Shown: piece by piece, positions 19,066 through 30,800 of the stretch
How positions within the stretch are numbered: the first letter of the stretch is position 1
Layout: every line of letters begins with the position of its first letter
Assembly: GCA_011524535.1 (NCBI GenBank)
Contig: WTKD01000010.1
Coordinates: forward strand, 1,233-65,232
Direction: 5' to 3'
From: Spirochaetaceae bacterium
Lineage (GTDB): Bacteria > Spirochaetota > Spirochaetia > WTKD01
DNA: 64,000 nt
Position numbers and translations under genes: made by a program
Notes under the pieces: model-generated
Databases searched by the model: none
What the model saw: only the letters and a program-made list of their open reading frames with translations
Told to the model about the DNA's origin: nothing

Positions 19066-19662
19066 ATGAGAGACTTAACAAAAAGACAAGAAGAAATCTT
19101 GAATTACATCAAAAGTAATATCATGACTAATAAAAATGCCCCAACGTTTCGGGAAATCGGAAATAACTTTAATATATCCGTAAAAGCCGCGTATGATCAC
19201 GTTAAAGCGCTAGAAAAGAAAAATATTCTAGAATGTCGCCCAAACCGTGCGCGCAGCATCAGCCTTTCAGAATCGGTCAACGAAAATCTTATGATTGAAA
19301 TTCCACTGATTGAAAAGCTCACCCCCCACAAAAGCATCACATCAGAAGAAAATATTGTGGATGTGTTGCGGGTTCCCCAAAACTTTATTGGTGAAGGTAT
19401 ATATTTTGCAATTCGAGTTATGGATGATGCCATGGTCGGGATTGGCGTAATGGAAAGCGATACTGCCGTTATTCGTCACCAAAATATAGTCCGTAATGGC
19501 GAAATAATAGCAACATCGATAAACGAAAAGCTAATTTTGCGAAGGTATTACGTAGAAACAAACCGGATAAAACTTTCCGCAGAAAATGAGAAATACAACG
19601 TAATGTATACTCACGACGTAAATATCTTGGGACGACTCGCACATATAATACGTTCTTATTAG
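19066..19662 (+). CDS. lexA: LexA-like repressor (winged HTH plus S24 peptidase fold) with substituted self-cleavage residues
   Basis: The ATG at 19066 has an AAAGAGG RBS. The N-terminus LTKRQEEIL.YI....PTFREI aligns with the LexA DNA-binding domain, and the C-terminal half aligns with the E. coli LexA S24 domain. See the findings for the catalytic substitutions. Confidence 0.75.
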   Translation: MRDLTKRQEEILNYIKSNIMTNKNAPTFREIGNNFNISVKAAYDHVKALEKKNILECRPNRARSISLSESVNENLMIEIPLIEKLTPHKSITSEENIVDVLRVPQNFIGEGIYFAIRVMDDAMVGIGVMESDTAVIRHQNIVRNGEIIATSINEKLILRRYYVETNRIKLSAENEKYNVMYTHDVNILGRLAHIIRSY

Positions 19663-19669
19663 AGAGTAT

Positions 19670-20659
19670 ATGCAATCTGCAGTATATGCGTTCCTTGGTT
19701 CCGATCATGGAAGAAAAAGGAATAGTATTCAGCGGATAAGGAAAAAACACCCCGATGCAGATTTTCTTTCTTATTCGCTCCTGCAAGGTGAACTAGAGCA
19801 GGTAATTGATTCTTTAGAACACAATACTCTGTTTACATCTGAACGTGTGATTGTGGTGAGTGGAGTCGATGCGCCGATAAAGAAAAGCCATCTAACCCTA
19901 TTCGCCACACACTGCAAAGATCCAGGCGAAAACACAATCCTCCTACTTCTCAGTGATGAACCAACACTTCCCCCTCCCCTGGCATCGGTGATACCAAGAA
20001 ACCATGTACGGATATATTCTGAATTCAAGAAGCTAGAACGCTTTGATTGGATGATGAAAAAAACCCAGGAAAAAGGCATTGAAATATCCCCCCAGGTTTG
20101 CGAACAACTTGCTGAAATGGCTGGAGGTCATCAGGACGATCTTGAAAACATCCTTAGCTACCTGGTCTCATTGGATAAGAAAAATATTTCTTCCATAGAT
20201 ACCATTCTTGTCAGAGAATACGCATCGCAGAAACATGTGTTCGCCATCGTCGATGCCTGCTACGAAAAAAAAGCCTCCGAAATTCTCAGAATACTAGAAC
20301 AACTACGTATCCAAAAAGAATCAGGGGTTTCAATTATAACCCGAATACGATCACATTTTCGCAAACTCCACGCCATTGCAATAGCCATACAAAGCGGAAC
20401 AAGCGAATCTCGGGCCTGTTCTGAACACGGGCTCTTTAATAGATCCGCGGTTAGGGCAGCAATTACCTACGTGAAAGAACGAGGCGTAGCGTCCTTGAGC
20501 GCAACCCTCACCACATTTGCAATAACCGATACATTGCTGCGCAGCACTCCACTACCTTGCCACCATACCATCCTCGAACTGTGTTTTCTCCGTATCGTGA
20601 GAGACCTTCCTTTAAAAAGAATTTTTCAACCCGGAAAACAAACAGCACATATTGAATAG
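19670..20659 (+). CDS. holA: DNA polymerase III delta subunit (probable)
   Basis: 329 aa with the N-terminal YAFLGSD pattern and the overall length and helical C-terminus typical of HolA. The call is made by eye only. Confidence 0.55.
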   Translation: MQSAVYAFLGSDHGRKRNSIQRIRKKHPDADFLSYSLLQGELEQVIDSLEHNTLFTSERVIVVSGVDAPIKKSHLTLFATHCKDPGENTILLLLSDEPTLPPPLASVIPRNHVRIYSEFKKLERFDWMMKKTQEKGIEISPQVCEQLAEMAGGHQDDLENILSYLVSLDKKNISSIDTILVREYASQKHVFAIVDACYEKKASEILRILEQLRIQKESGVSIITRIRSHFRKLHAIAIAIQSGTSESRACSEHGLFNRSAVRAAITYVKERGVASLSATLTTFAITDTLLRSTPLPCHHTILELCFLRIVRDLPLKRIFQPGKQTAHIE

Positions 20660-20689
20660 CGCTTCATTCTCTATGAATATTCTTAAACA

Positions 20690-22528
20690 TTACTTGCCTT
20701 CAAATGAGGAATTATTCAAATGCTCCTTGATCTTCTCTTGCATGGTCACAGCAGTATCAGTCGATATACCGAGTGTTTTTGCAAGGATTTCAGGTGAAAT
20801 TTCAAGCGTTGCAGACAATCGTTTGAATTCTCGTAAAATCTTTTCGGCTCTTTTTTTCCCTATATTGGGTATGGATAGCAAAAACCCTGCACCTACATCC
20901 TTGTGCTGTCTTCTAGCGCGCGCCTTTGTCGCGAATCTGTGTGCTTCATCGCGTACTTTTTGAACAACCCGCAATGCTGGATGTCCTTCGCGAAGTTTGA
21001 TCCCCACCTTCGAAGCAGGGGTATACAAGCGTTCTTCACGCTTTGCAATCGCAACAAGTGGTATATCCAATTCGAGTATATGCAAGCCATCGAGAGCTGC
21101 TCGCAATTGAGCTATACCCCCATCAATCACAATGAGATCTGGTAATTTTTTTTGTTCATTCTTCAATCGTGTATAGCGCCGGATAACACATTCCTTTATA
21201 GATGCAACATCATTGGGCTTTCCATCTTCTATACTTCGCAAACTAAACAGGCGGTGTTTGCTAGAGTCTACATTCCCCTCTATGACGCTCACCATGGCTC
21301 CCACGGTGTGTTTGCCGCCTATATGCGCAATATCAAACCCCTCGACTACCTGAGGCGGACCTGGCAAATCAAGAATTTCTTGGAGAACAATAAGATCACT
21401 TTTTGTTCCAATATCTGTTCTTACCTTCCGTATCTCCCCCCATGCGTTGTTAATCGCCATATGCACCAAGCGCGCATCTTGTCCATCCTTTGGCAACCCA
21501 ATCGATACTTTTTTTCCATGTTCCTGTTGAAACCATTGGATGATCATATCATTGTTGCCTAATTTCTTGTGTGTATATACATATTCCGGAACATCACGTG
21601 CCCCATCATAATGCTGCATAATGCATTGCATGATCACATCGTCCGTATCGTCTATTGAATTTGTAACGATATATTGATACGTTTCGTCCAGTTTTCCGCC
21701 TTGCATATGTAAGATCACACAGGCCCCTTTGTCATCTTCTTCAACATAGGCAAGATAATCCCGGCATGCGGTATTAAAATCCTCTATACGTTGCTCTATA
21801 AGCAATGATTTGATCGATTGCAAAGCATTTCTATATTCCATTGCTTGTTCAAATTTCAAGCCATCCGCAGCCTCTTTCATTTTTTGTTCCAACATCCGCT
21901 CGTATCCTCCCGAAGATCCGCGGAGCAATTTTTTTATCATACTCACACGAGCAAGATATTCATCGTTTGTGATTTTCTGAGCGCATACAGCCGCACAGCG
22001 CCCAATATGATAATACAAACAAGGCGATGTACGGGGTTTGATTTTCTTACATCGACGGAGTGGCACAGTTTTCCACAAAATTTCGAGATATTTATTCAGC
22101 GCGTCTACATTTGGATAGGGTCCAAAATAATCCGATCCATCTTTCACGATATTTCTGGTTTTGAACACCCGGGGATATTCTTCCGCAGTGATGCGTATCA
22201 CCGGGTAACTCTTTCCGTCCTTCAAAAAAACATTGAATCGTGGTTGATGTTTTTTGATAAGATTATTTTCAAGCAATAAAGCCTCGTATTCATTGCTGGT
22301 TACTATATATGAAATGGTATGGAGGGATCTAAGGATAAAAGAAACTTTGTATGGTGCACTCTTTGAAAAATAAGAAGAAACCCGATTTCTCAACCGTTTT
22401 GCTTTTCCAATATATATTATGGTCCCATTGCTATCCCGCATGAGATAGACTCCAGGTTCGAATGGAAAATTTTTTATTTCATGTTTCAAAGAAGCAATAT
22501 GGTCAATATTTGTCCCTTGTTCTGACAC
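20690..22528 (-). CDS. uvrC: Excinuclease ABC subunit C
   Basis: N-terminal GIY-YIG domain (GVYLMRD...IYIGKAKRLRNRVSSYF), a UVR domain, and a C-terminal Endo V-like domain with (HhH)2. Confidence 0.9.
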   Translation of the reverse strand: MSEQGTNIDHIASLKHEIKNFPFEPGVYLMRDSNGTIIYIGKAKRLRNRVSSYFSKSAPYKVSFILRSLHTISYIVTSNEYEALLLENNLIKKHQPRFNVFLKDGKSYPVIRITAEEYPRVFKTRNIVKDGSDYFGPYPNVDALNKYLEILWKTVPLRRCKKIKPRTSPCLYYHIGRCAAVCAQKITNDEYLARVSMIKKLLRGSSGGYERMLEQKMKEAADGLKFEQAMEYRNALQSIKSLLIEQRIEDFNTACRDYLAYVEEDDKGACVILHMQGGKLDETYQYIVTNSIDDTDDVIMQCIMQHYDGARDVPEYVYTHKKLGNNDMIIQWFQQEHGKKVSIGLPKDGQDARLVHMAINNAWGEIRKVRTDIGTKSDLIVLQEILDLPGPPQVVEGFDIAHIGGKHTVGAMVSVIEGNVDSSKHRLFSLRSIEDGKPNDVASIKECVIRRYTRLKNEQKKLPDLIVIDGGIAQLRAALDGLHILELDIPLVAIAKREERLYTPASKVGIKLREGHPALRVVQKVRDEAHRFATKARARRQHKDVGAGFLLSIPNIGKKRAEKILREFKRLSATLEISPEILAKTLGISTDTAVTMQEKIKEHLNNSSFEGK

Positions 22529-22679
22529 CGTGCCCTAAGAATATCATATTGAATAATATATGTGACAACCTCTATAACAACATACTCATTATCTCGACTA
22601 AGAAATAACTCGTCATATGTATACATAATATGTGTACAATGTTGCTTGAGAAGCTTATAGATTAGATTTATGCTTCACT

Positions 22680-24095
22680 ATGCAGTATTCGCACGACATA
22701 ATAGTCATCGGAGGAGGCGCCGCTGGGCTGGTATGCGTTTCCGGATGTGCACAGCTAGGAATGAAGGTAGCACTTGTAGAGCGGGCTTCTCTCGGGGGAG
22801 ATTGTCTTCATTTTGGATGTGTACCCAGTAAAACTCTCCTTTCACAATCTGCTGCCTACCAGCGAAGTGGTGCATCGGACCTATCTGCGCGGGATATTTT
22901 TTCGACGATTGACGACACAATAAACACAATCGCGGTTCACGACAGTAAAGAACGATTTGAATCACTCGGCGCCGAAGTGTATATGGGAGAGGCAAAATTC
23001 CTCAACAAACACACGGTCGTAATACAAGAACATACAACCCCAGCATATCTTTCAGCAAAAAAAATAGTTATCGCAACGGGGAGTTCTCCAAAAATTCCTC
23101 CCATAAAGGGACTCAAATACGCTTCATATGTGACAAATAAATCCATTTTTTCTTTGAATTACATTCCAAAGCGCTTGGTTATTCTTGGGGGTGGGCCCAT
23201 AGGAGTTGAGATGGCACAGGCATTTATTCAGCTCGGAAGCTCTGTAATTCTCATAGAGGCCGCCGACGATATCCTGATGAATGAAGACCAAGAAGCCATT
23301 GAACTAATTACCGAGCAACTGATTCACCAAGGAGTACGGGTATTAACCAATACACAGGTCCAGGAAGTGAGCCAGGAGAGAACAAAAAAAATAATTCACA
23401 TATCGGATGGTTCTCCCATCAGTTGTGATACCCTACTGGTAGCAGCCGGCAGAAAAGGAAATACAGACCGGCTGGGACTTTCAGAAATCAACGTTGCCAC
23501 GGATAGAGGATTTATCCAAGTCGACAAAAAACTACGCACTTCTCAGAAGCATATTACAGCAATAGGCGATGTTAATGGGCAGTGTCTGTTTACCCATGTG
23601 GCTGAGGCTGAAGGCTCTCTCGCGATACGACGATTGGCACTCCGTCTTGGTGGAACCATGGATTACACCAATGTTCCCTCTGTCGTGTATACGAATCCAG
23701 AAATAGCAAAGGTCGGGTATACCGAAAAAAGAGCCAACCAAGAAGGGCTTGCCTATGATGTATATCGACAGCCATTTTCCTCGGTGGACAGAGCTCATGC
23801 AGAACAAAATATCCAAGGCTTTTTGAAAATCCTCTGCCATCGAAGATCAAAAAAGATCATCGGTGGACAAATAGTTGGACCACAGGCCGGAGAATTGCTT
23901 ACCCCACTCTTGTTTGCGGTGTATCGCAGGTGGCGAGTTTCAGATTTTCGTATGATGTTTCCCTATCCCATCCGCTCAGAGATATACAAAAAATTGTCTT
24001 CAAAATACCTCCACCCATACCTATTTAATAATCGTGTTCGAGGAATCCTTCGCTTCTTTTTTCGCTATCGAGGAACTCGATTCGAGAAAAACTAA
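22680..24095 (+). CDS. FAD-dependent pyridine nucleotide-disulfide oxidoreductase (dihydrolipoyl dehydrogenase / mercuric reductase-like)
   Basis: GGGAAG FAD site, redox-active GGDCLHFGCVPSK, a second GGGPIG NAD site and a dimerisation domain. Confidence 0.75.
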   Translation: MQYSHDIIVIGGGAAGLVCVSGCAQLGMKVALVERASLGGDCLHFGCVPSKTLLSQSAAYQRSGASDLSARDIFSTIDDTINTIAVHDSKERFESLGAEVYMGEAKFLNKHTVVIQEHTTPAYLSAKKIVIATGSSPKIPPIKGLKYASYVTNKSIFSLNYIPKRLVILGGGPIGVEMAQAFIQLGSSVILIEAADDILMNEDQEAIELITEQLIHQGVRVLTNTQVQEVSQERTKKIIHISDGSPISCDTLLVAAGRKGNTDRLGLSEINVATDRGFIQVDKKLRTSQKHITAIGDVNGQCLFTHVAEAEGSLAIRRLALRLGGTMDYTNVPSVVYTNPEIAKVGYTEKRANQEGLAYDVYRQPFSSVDRAHAEQNIQGFLKILCHRRSKKIIGGQIVGPQAGELLTPLLFAVYRRWRVSDFRMMFPYPIRSEIYKKLSSKYLHPYLFNNRVRGILRFFFRYRGTRFEKN

Positions 24096-24151
24096 TCCGC
24101 TTTTGCTATGCGATTGCTAGACCATTGCACCGAGTTAACCGGACAACGGGT

Positions 24152-25213
24152 CTATTGCTCTACAGAAAATTGGTGTACTGTACGCTCGTGAAATTGGACA
24201 TCGGGCCCAAATATAGTATTCGGGAAATGGTCGTGATTAACACTATCTGAAAAATATTGGGTTTCAAGACAAAGAGAATTGTGTTTTTTGCCCAGCGTCC
24301 CATCTCGTAACGGAACATCCCCCATATTATTTGCTGTATATACCTGAACCGCAGGAAAACTTGTAGATACAGCCATTGCAATACCCGTCTTTGAACTCCT
24401 TGCTCGAGCAGCATGAGAGAGTTTAGATGCAAGTGTTTTTTCCTGGTGTATCACATAACAGGTATCGATACCCTCCAAGCCCGTTTTTTCGCAATCAGAA
24501 AGAACATCATTCAGACAACGCTCTCGCTGCATATCGTAAACTGTGTCATTCACAGAAAGAATTTTCCCAGTCGGTAGGGTATTTTTATCGGCTTCAAGGT
24601 ATCTATCACAGGGTATTTCAAGATAATGACCGCCTATCGACTCTCTTCCTTCCTCCCCGTCAAGATTCCAATACGCATGATTTGTCAGATTTAATGGGCA
24701 TGGGGCATCACAAAGGGCATGAAAATCAAATACCAATTCCCGTGTATCGCGGATTTCAATAGTATACGTGACATCTATGTTTGCCGGGTACAGGCCTCTC
24801 TCATATCGATAATAGCAACTGATTCCTTTAAATCCATCGCCCGAATAGGGCTCTACTGTCCACTTCTTGTTGTGAAATCCAGATGATCCACCATGTATAT
24901 GCAGGTCTCCATGATTGGCATCTAAAGCATGCCAGGAACCCCCAATATCAAACCCTCCCCCGCTGATCCGATTCGCATAGGGCCCAACTATAGTACCAAT
25001 ATACTGTCTGTCATCCATGTAAGCTGCGGCATCCCCGTATCCAAGGGTTACCTCGACTGGGCGATTGGAAGCATCCATGATACGCACCGAGGTCAGACGT
25101 GCCCCGAATTCACTGATCGATATGCTGTCCCCTCGCAAAGATTGTACTGTTATTTCATGTATCGCACCGCCATCTTTCCATTGGCCGGTTTGACGAACGC
25201 TGTGCTTGTTCAT
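24152..25213 (-). CDS. galM: Aldose 1-epimerase (galactose mutarotase)
   Basis: GPYANRI...F...G..Y.L..N.G...LHGG and NHAYWNL motifs. Confidence 0.85.
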   Translation of the reverse strand: MNKHSVRQTGQWKDGGAIHEITVQSLRGDSISISEFGARLTSVRIMDASNRPVEVTLGYGDAAAYMDDRQYIGTIVGPYANRISGGGFDIGGSWHALDANHGDLHIHGGSSGFHNKKWTVEPYSGDGFKGISCYYRYERGLYPANIDVTYTIEIRDTRELVFDFHALCDAPCPLNLTNHAYWNLDGEEGRESIGGHYLEIPCDRYLEADKNTLPTGKILSVNDTVYDMQRERCLNDVLSDCEKTGLEGIDTCYVIHQEKTLASKLSHAARARSSKTGIAMAVSTSFPAVQVYTANNMGDVPLRDGTLGKKHNSLCLETQYFSDSVNHDHFPNTIFGPDVQFHERTVHQFSVEQ

Positions 25214-25249
25214 AGAACGTTTCTAATACTTTCTGTACAGTGTATCCAT

Positions 25250-27847
25250 ATGCTAAAAACTATTCCAGATTGGATTATAGCTATGCTTTCAATCGGATAC
25301 CGTGTTGTAGTTCCCACTCGTGCCTGCGCTTTATTTTATCGCATGTATCTCTTAAGAAGTGGCAAATGCACCGTATTAAGAAAACAATCCATAACTACAT
25401 TCGATGAACTTCGATTGCCCCCTGGCATGACCTATGCAGGAAAAACAGATAGGTTATTATATGCCCTCGTTTTACTCGAAGATAGATCATTGATCAAACC
25501 TCTGACCGAATTTTTTGAATTACCAACTACAAACCCCAGCATAGTGCTACAATATCTTGCGCAAACCCTTCCCTATCTCGTAGAGTGTGCATCGTCATCG
25601 GATTTTGTTGCTCGGCATCCCTGGATAACGAATATAGCGGAAAGATACACATCCATACTGGCATCCCAAAGGATGATCGATCCATTGCTCCCAGACAGCC
25701 GGATGCCTGTGAATTCCAAAGAAAACAATCAACAAAAATCACCTACAGCCTGTTTGTTTCCCAATCTCCAAAGAACAGAAGAATGTCCCTCCCTACACCC
25801 AGAAGAACTTACAAAAAACACCCTCAAAAGCACTATATATTCATCCTTTGAAGAAGAATGCGCCCATGCCTGTTCACGCATCGCTGCACTCATTGCAGAG
25901 GGCATCCCCCTGTACGATATTGTTGTAACCGTCTGCGATTTACCAAAATTGCGCGAAACCATCACACATATCGCCGCCCTGTACGATATACCCGTGCATC
26001 TCGTGCAAGCGACTTCGATGAATGAAATTCCAGGAGCTCGAATCATAGCATTGCTAGACAAAGTCATTCATAGTAATTTTAGCGTTGAGTCCTGCACTGC
26101 CCTGTTTCTCGATGAAAGCATACCTTGGAAAGAAAAAAATGCATTGACAACCCTTGTGCAAATCGGGCTGGAACACGATCTCAAAGAAAACCATCATGGA
26201 TCAGATAGATGGGAATATGTTTTTTCACAGGAAAAATACAAACAATTACTCACCGTCTACAACACAATTCGTTCCTGCATTACCACAGTGCACCAAGCCC
26301 CCGACATAGACTCCCTCCTTGACTCGTTTCAAACCTTAATCACCGAACATCTAGATCTGCGCGTATACCAAATGGAGTATAAATACAGTCGTGCGATAAA
26401 AAACATTCAGTACGTACAAGCACAATGTACGATGTATGCAAAAAAAATTGCCAGCATACAGGCAAGCTCAGCCGTACAGACTCATGGCCCCTGGGAATTA
26501 TTACTAGTCATATACAACCAATTAACCTACGTTCCCGACACAAATGCCGATGTTGTGTTTTTCTATTCTTATCCCATAAGCGCCGGTATCGCCCCCCGAT
26601 TTCATTTTTTACTGAATCAAAACTACACCGATTCGCGTATCTCTGGCATCATTTCGGGCAATGGCCCCGACCCCATACTTGCCAAACTTCCAACCCCACA
26701 AACCATCGCACAAAAAGATTATATCACCTGTTATCAGCACAGCGGAAACGTCATATATTCCTCATACAATACAGGAGGTCACAACAGCCTACCCAATGTA
26801 CTCATTGATGCCCCGGAGACAAAAAAAACCTGGGAAGAACTCAAAGCCCTCCAATTATCGCATCAAGAAAAACGCCCGCGTATGCCAATTACCTTGCTCA
26901 ATAGCCTAAAAAACTATGCCCACAGGATGAGCCAAGAAACACAATGCTCAAAAGGAAACGCTCGGAACCATCCATTATCCCATGTAAAAAATGTCCTCGT
27001 TTCAGACAGGCCAGAAACAAAAAACACCCTTTCCGTAAGCGATTTAAACACTTATTTGAAATCTCCATACGCATTTTTTTGGTATACACTCGGCATCCGT
27101 CATTCTCCGAACGCCTTCATGTCGCTCATCGGGGTAATGTATCACGAGATACTATATCAATGCATTAGAAATGATCTCGCCTCACAACTCGACCAGAAAA
27201 ATATCCCCTCTGTGGAAATTATCCATACCTATATTTCAAAAGAAAAACTCGGAAACGTAACGCAATTTAGTAATACCCTAGGTCGGTTCATGGCAGAAAA
27301 ATTATACGAAACGCTGACCTATCTTTGTAAGACATTTCCAGGTTTTCGTATGGGTAGCGCAGAAGAAGAACGCACCATACCATTAGCCTCCTACACCCTG
27401 CGCTCCAGGATCGATATCCTTCTTGAATCTCCCGCCAAGGAAAAATGTATTCTTGATCTAAAATCAAAATTCGTGGTAGAAAAAAAACAATTTTCAGATA
27501 TCACTACCTATGAATCAATCGAAGAGTTTTCCGATTTTCAAGTCCCTTGCTATCTCTACATATTCCAAGATGAACGCCTGTGCCATGCAGGATACCTTTC
27601 TATAGAAAGAGAAAAAAATAAACACACCCCCGTATTGCTAGATTCCTCGAATGCTCAAGAGCATCATACGAAATTTCTCGAACAATTTACTATGTTTTTA
27701 GAAAAAAAACTGGACCTGCTAACAAAGGGAAATGTTATGTGTCCTCCGCAAGGTTGTTTATATTGTCCAATACCCGGAGTATGCAGAAATTACCTGCGCA
27801 TCACATCTTCTACCCCGCCTCAATCTCCTCAGGTAATTCGTTCATGA
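25250..27847 (+). CDS. addB: AddB/RexB-like helicase-nuclease subunit B (PD-(D/E)XK nuclease, C-terminal Cys cluster)
   Basis: The start is trimmed to the first ATG (25250) past the divergent galM. The C-terminus carries RIDIL...LDLKSK...QVPCYLY and CPPQGCLYCPIPGVC. The stop overlaps the addA ATG (ATGA at 27844-27847). Confidence 0.6.
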   Translation: MLKTIPDWIIAMLSIGYRVVVPTRACALFYRMYLLRSGKCTVLRKQSITTFDELRLPPGMTYAGKTDRLLYALVLLEDRSLIKPLTEFFELPTTNPSIVLQYLAQTLPYLVECASSSDFVARHPWITNIAERYTSILASQRMIDPLLPDSRMPVNSKENNQQKSPTACLFPNLQRTEECPSLHPEELTKNTLKSTIYSSFEEECAHACSRIAALIAEGIPLYDIVVTVCDLPKLRETITHIAALYDIPVHLVQATSMNEIPGARIIALLDKVIHSNFSVESCTALFLDESIPWKEKNALTTLVQIGLEHDLKENHHGSDRWEYVFSQEKYKQLLTVYNTIRSCITTVHQAPDIDSLLDSFQTLITEHLDLRVYQMEYKYSRAIKNIQYVQAQCTMYAKKIASIQASSAVQTHGPWELLLVIYNQLTYVPDTNADVVFFYSYPISAGIAPRFHFLLNQNYTDSRISGIISGNGPDPILAKLPTPQTIAQKDYITCYQHSGNVIYSSYNTGGHNSLPNVLIDAPETKKTWEELKALQLSHQEKRPRMPITLLNSLKNYAHRMSQETQCSKGNARNHPLSHVKNVLVSDRPETKNTLSVSDLNTYLKSPYAFFWYTLGIRHSPNAFMSLIGVMYHEILYQCIRNDLASQLDQKNIPSVEIIHTYISKEKLGNVTQFSNTLGRFMAEKLYETLTYLCKTFPGFRMGSAEEERTIPLASYTLRSRIDILLESPAKEKCILDLKSKFVVEKKQFSDITTYESIEEFSDFQVPCYLYIFQDERLCHAGYLSIEREKNKHTPVLLDSSNAQEHHTKFLEQFTMFLEKKLDLLTKGNVMCPPQGCLYCPIPGVCRNYLRITSSTPPQSPQVIRS

Positions 27848-30800
27848 AAACTGAAATACATCGCCATCCATCACTCGATGTACAACAACAATCGTGCATG
27901 TCCAATGATCGCAATCTACTTATTCATGCAAGTGCTGGCAGCGGAAAAACAACCGTCATAGTCGAACGATTTTTACATCTTGTGCAATTGGGAACTTCTC
28001 CAGAGCGATTGCTCCTCCTTACATTCACAAACAAGGCAGCAAAAGAAATGTCAGAACGTGTATTTTCCCGATTATTCGCCGAGCCATATGTAACGCTGCC
28101 GCATGTGAGAACAGCGATCGAAGAAGGGCGCATTTTTTCAATACAAACCATCGATGCCTTTTGTGCCAATCTTGCTCGAAACTATGCTCATCGAATGGAT
28201 ATACAGCATTACACCTCTCTCTCTTCACACCAATTCGATATATCGATTACACGCATCTGTCGTACCTATCTTGCACAAAATCAGCAGAATCCCATCCTAA
28301 TGCGCTTTTTACACGCAATGAATCATAGAAACAGTGAAAAAAAACTCCTTAATGCACTCCTTGTTCCTATCGCAAAGCGCATGCGTCCGCTTAAGTCGGA
28401 AACCTGGCTCACCCGCCTAGACACTATCATTTCATTTCTTGAAACAGAGCGTTCAACTCTCAAAAAAACCATTACCGCCTCGGTCAAAGAAATTACGACC
28501 GAAGAACCCAGCTCTCCGAAATCGCTTGAGTTTATAACACAGTGCAAAGAACTCATCTCCGACCATTCAGAAGATACTTTTTTTCAGCTCTGCCAACTTT
28601 TATGGAATGAAAACCTTAGGTCCCATAGCAAATCTCCAGAAATAAAAAAACAAGTGCAGTTTCTCCGAGGAGAAAAAAAATCTCCCCGTTCTCTACTTTC
28701 TAATTACACCCTTTTGTACCGATACCATAAAAATCCCGAGGAGTTACGCGATGTATGCACGATGCTAGATGATTTTGAGCGCTACATACGAAAGGCAAAA
28801 AAAAGAGAAGATATATACGGATTTTCCGATACCTTTTCGCTCGTTTTGACATTGCTTAATCGATATCCTGATATTCTTGCTACCATACACTCACTATTCG
28901 ACCACATCATGGTTGATGAATTTCAAGACAATAACAGCGAACAGTTTGATTTCATCCAATTGCTGTGCGGAAATCCCCGACCCCAGAAACAAGGAACCCC
29001 AGAACCAATGCGCACACTCTGTTGTGTAGGGGATGAAAAACAATCAATCTATGGATTCAGAGGAGCAGATTTACAGGCCTACGACATCCTGTGTGCCACC
29101 ATGCTAGAACGTGGAGGCGAAAAAATAGAGCTCTACAACAATTACCGTAGCATTTCTTTTCTTGTTTCGTTTTTCAATGACGTATTCCCTCGAATATTTC
29201 CAACCCTTGCTGAAGCGCCCTCTCAAATATCAACGAAGAACGATCCTCTACCAAAGGGTATAACCTATACCAAGGTCCAGGCAGTTCGTGACCGGGGCCC
29301 TCTCCATAATAAGATACACATAGCCATAGCCCCGTATTCTTCAGAAGCTCATATGCACGAAGCTCGCTGGGTAGCAAGTCATATTTCCCTCTTATTTCAA
29401 GACCATATACACATCGTTCATGACGCCGGTGATCGACCCATCCGCTACAGCGATATAGCTATTCTTTTTCGAAAACGAACCCATAGCCTACAGTTTGAAC
29501 GCGCCCTAAACCAGGCTCATATCCCATTCATTAATCCATTTACCAAAGGTATCGAAGAAGAAGAATTTTATCATTTCTTTTCTGCTTTCCTGGAACTTTT
29601 TTCTTTCCAGGATCCGCTTTCAATCGCCTATCTTACTATTCTAAAGTCGCCCTTGATCATGATTTCTGACGAAACAATTGCAAATATCCTTGCACAACAT
29701 AATCCAGTATTTTCTACTAACGCCAAATCTATCATAAAAAACCCCGAAGAATCTGCCCTTTATGTACAAGCCTGCGCGCACTGGGAGCATCTCATACTCC
29801 ATACATCCTCTCCCTTGTACATACTTGATTATATTTGGTACCGCTGGGGCTTTTTTTGGTATGCAAGCGATTCTGCGCCACAACTTATCCATCATTATCA
29901 ATATCTTAGAGAATTGGTACAAGAATCAAACATTACATCTGCTGCAGCCTTCCACGTATTCCTGCAAGAGCAGCGAGAACAAGGTATTTCCACACAACCC
30001 GGGGCAAATATGTCTACAAAGGATATCGATGCGGTGCAATTATTGAGTATCCATGCTGCCAAAGGCCTTGAATTTCCTGTAGTGTTCATCGCAGATGCCC
30101 AAGCCCACTCTCGAATAACCAGTAGTCCACAATTATTCGCTCCACATGCTTGCGGGCTCATCCCAAGCATGCCCTGCCTTATCTCCGAAGATTCAGAGTT
30201 CCAAAATATCCCTACACAAAACACATACATACATCCTCAAGATGCTCGTGCTCACCAAGAGCTTGAAGATGCTGAAACAAAGCGATTGCTGTACGTTGCC
30301 CTTACCCGTGCGATGCAAATGGTATTCATAAGCGGAACATTTCCAAAATACAACACGCATCATTCCACGCTCTTGTCATTGTTATGCGATGCGCTCGATC
30401 TTCCTATTGATCAGGTTTTCACAAAAGAATCTCCTACAAACACGGTACTCTCTTCGCCAAGATGCCCTGATGTATGCATCTATTCCATCCCAGAAGAAAA
30501 GCAAAACCCTACTGCGAATAACGCTCAACCGTCTATACCCGAAGTTTCTAGTACACCGCCCAAAGAGCAGCCTATTTCCCCGAACATACTCTATCGCAGC
30601 ATATTCTCTGAAATTCCAGAGACTTCTTTTCTCCCTACTATTCCATCTACCATCATACGGTTCAGCGTCACTCAGCTTGCATTGGTAGATACCACCAATA
30701 AACACCCCCTCAAACATACCAACGCCCACAGCCCCTCGCGCGATAGCGCAAAACTTTTCGGAACCTGCGTACATACCTTGATCAACCAAGGAATACACGA

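Noticed and set aside
24929-25249. 107-codon N-terminal extension of the addB-like ORF
   Set aside because: It lies antisense within galM, which has strong homology signals. The first ATG after the galM start (25250) was used instead.
27739-27843. 35-codon N-terminal extension of the addA ORF
   Set aside because: It overlaps the end of addB out of frame. The ATG at 27844 forms a typical ATGA junction and is followed shortly by the Walker A motif.
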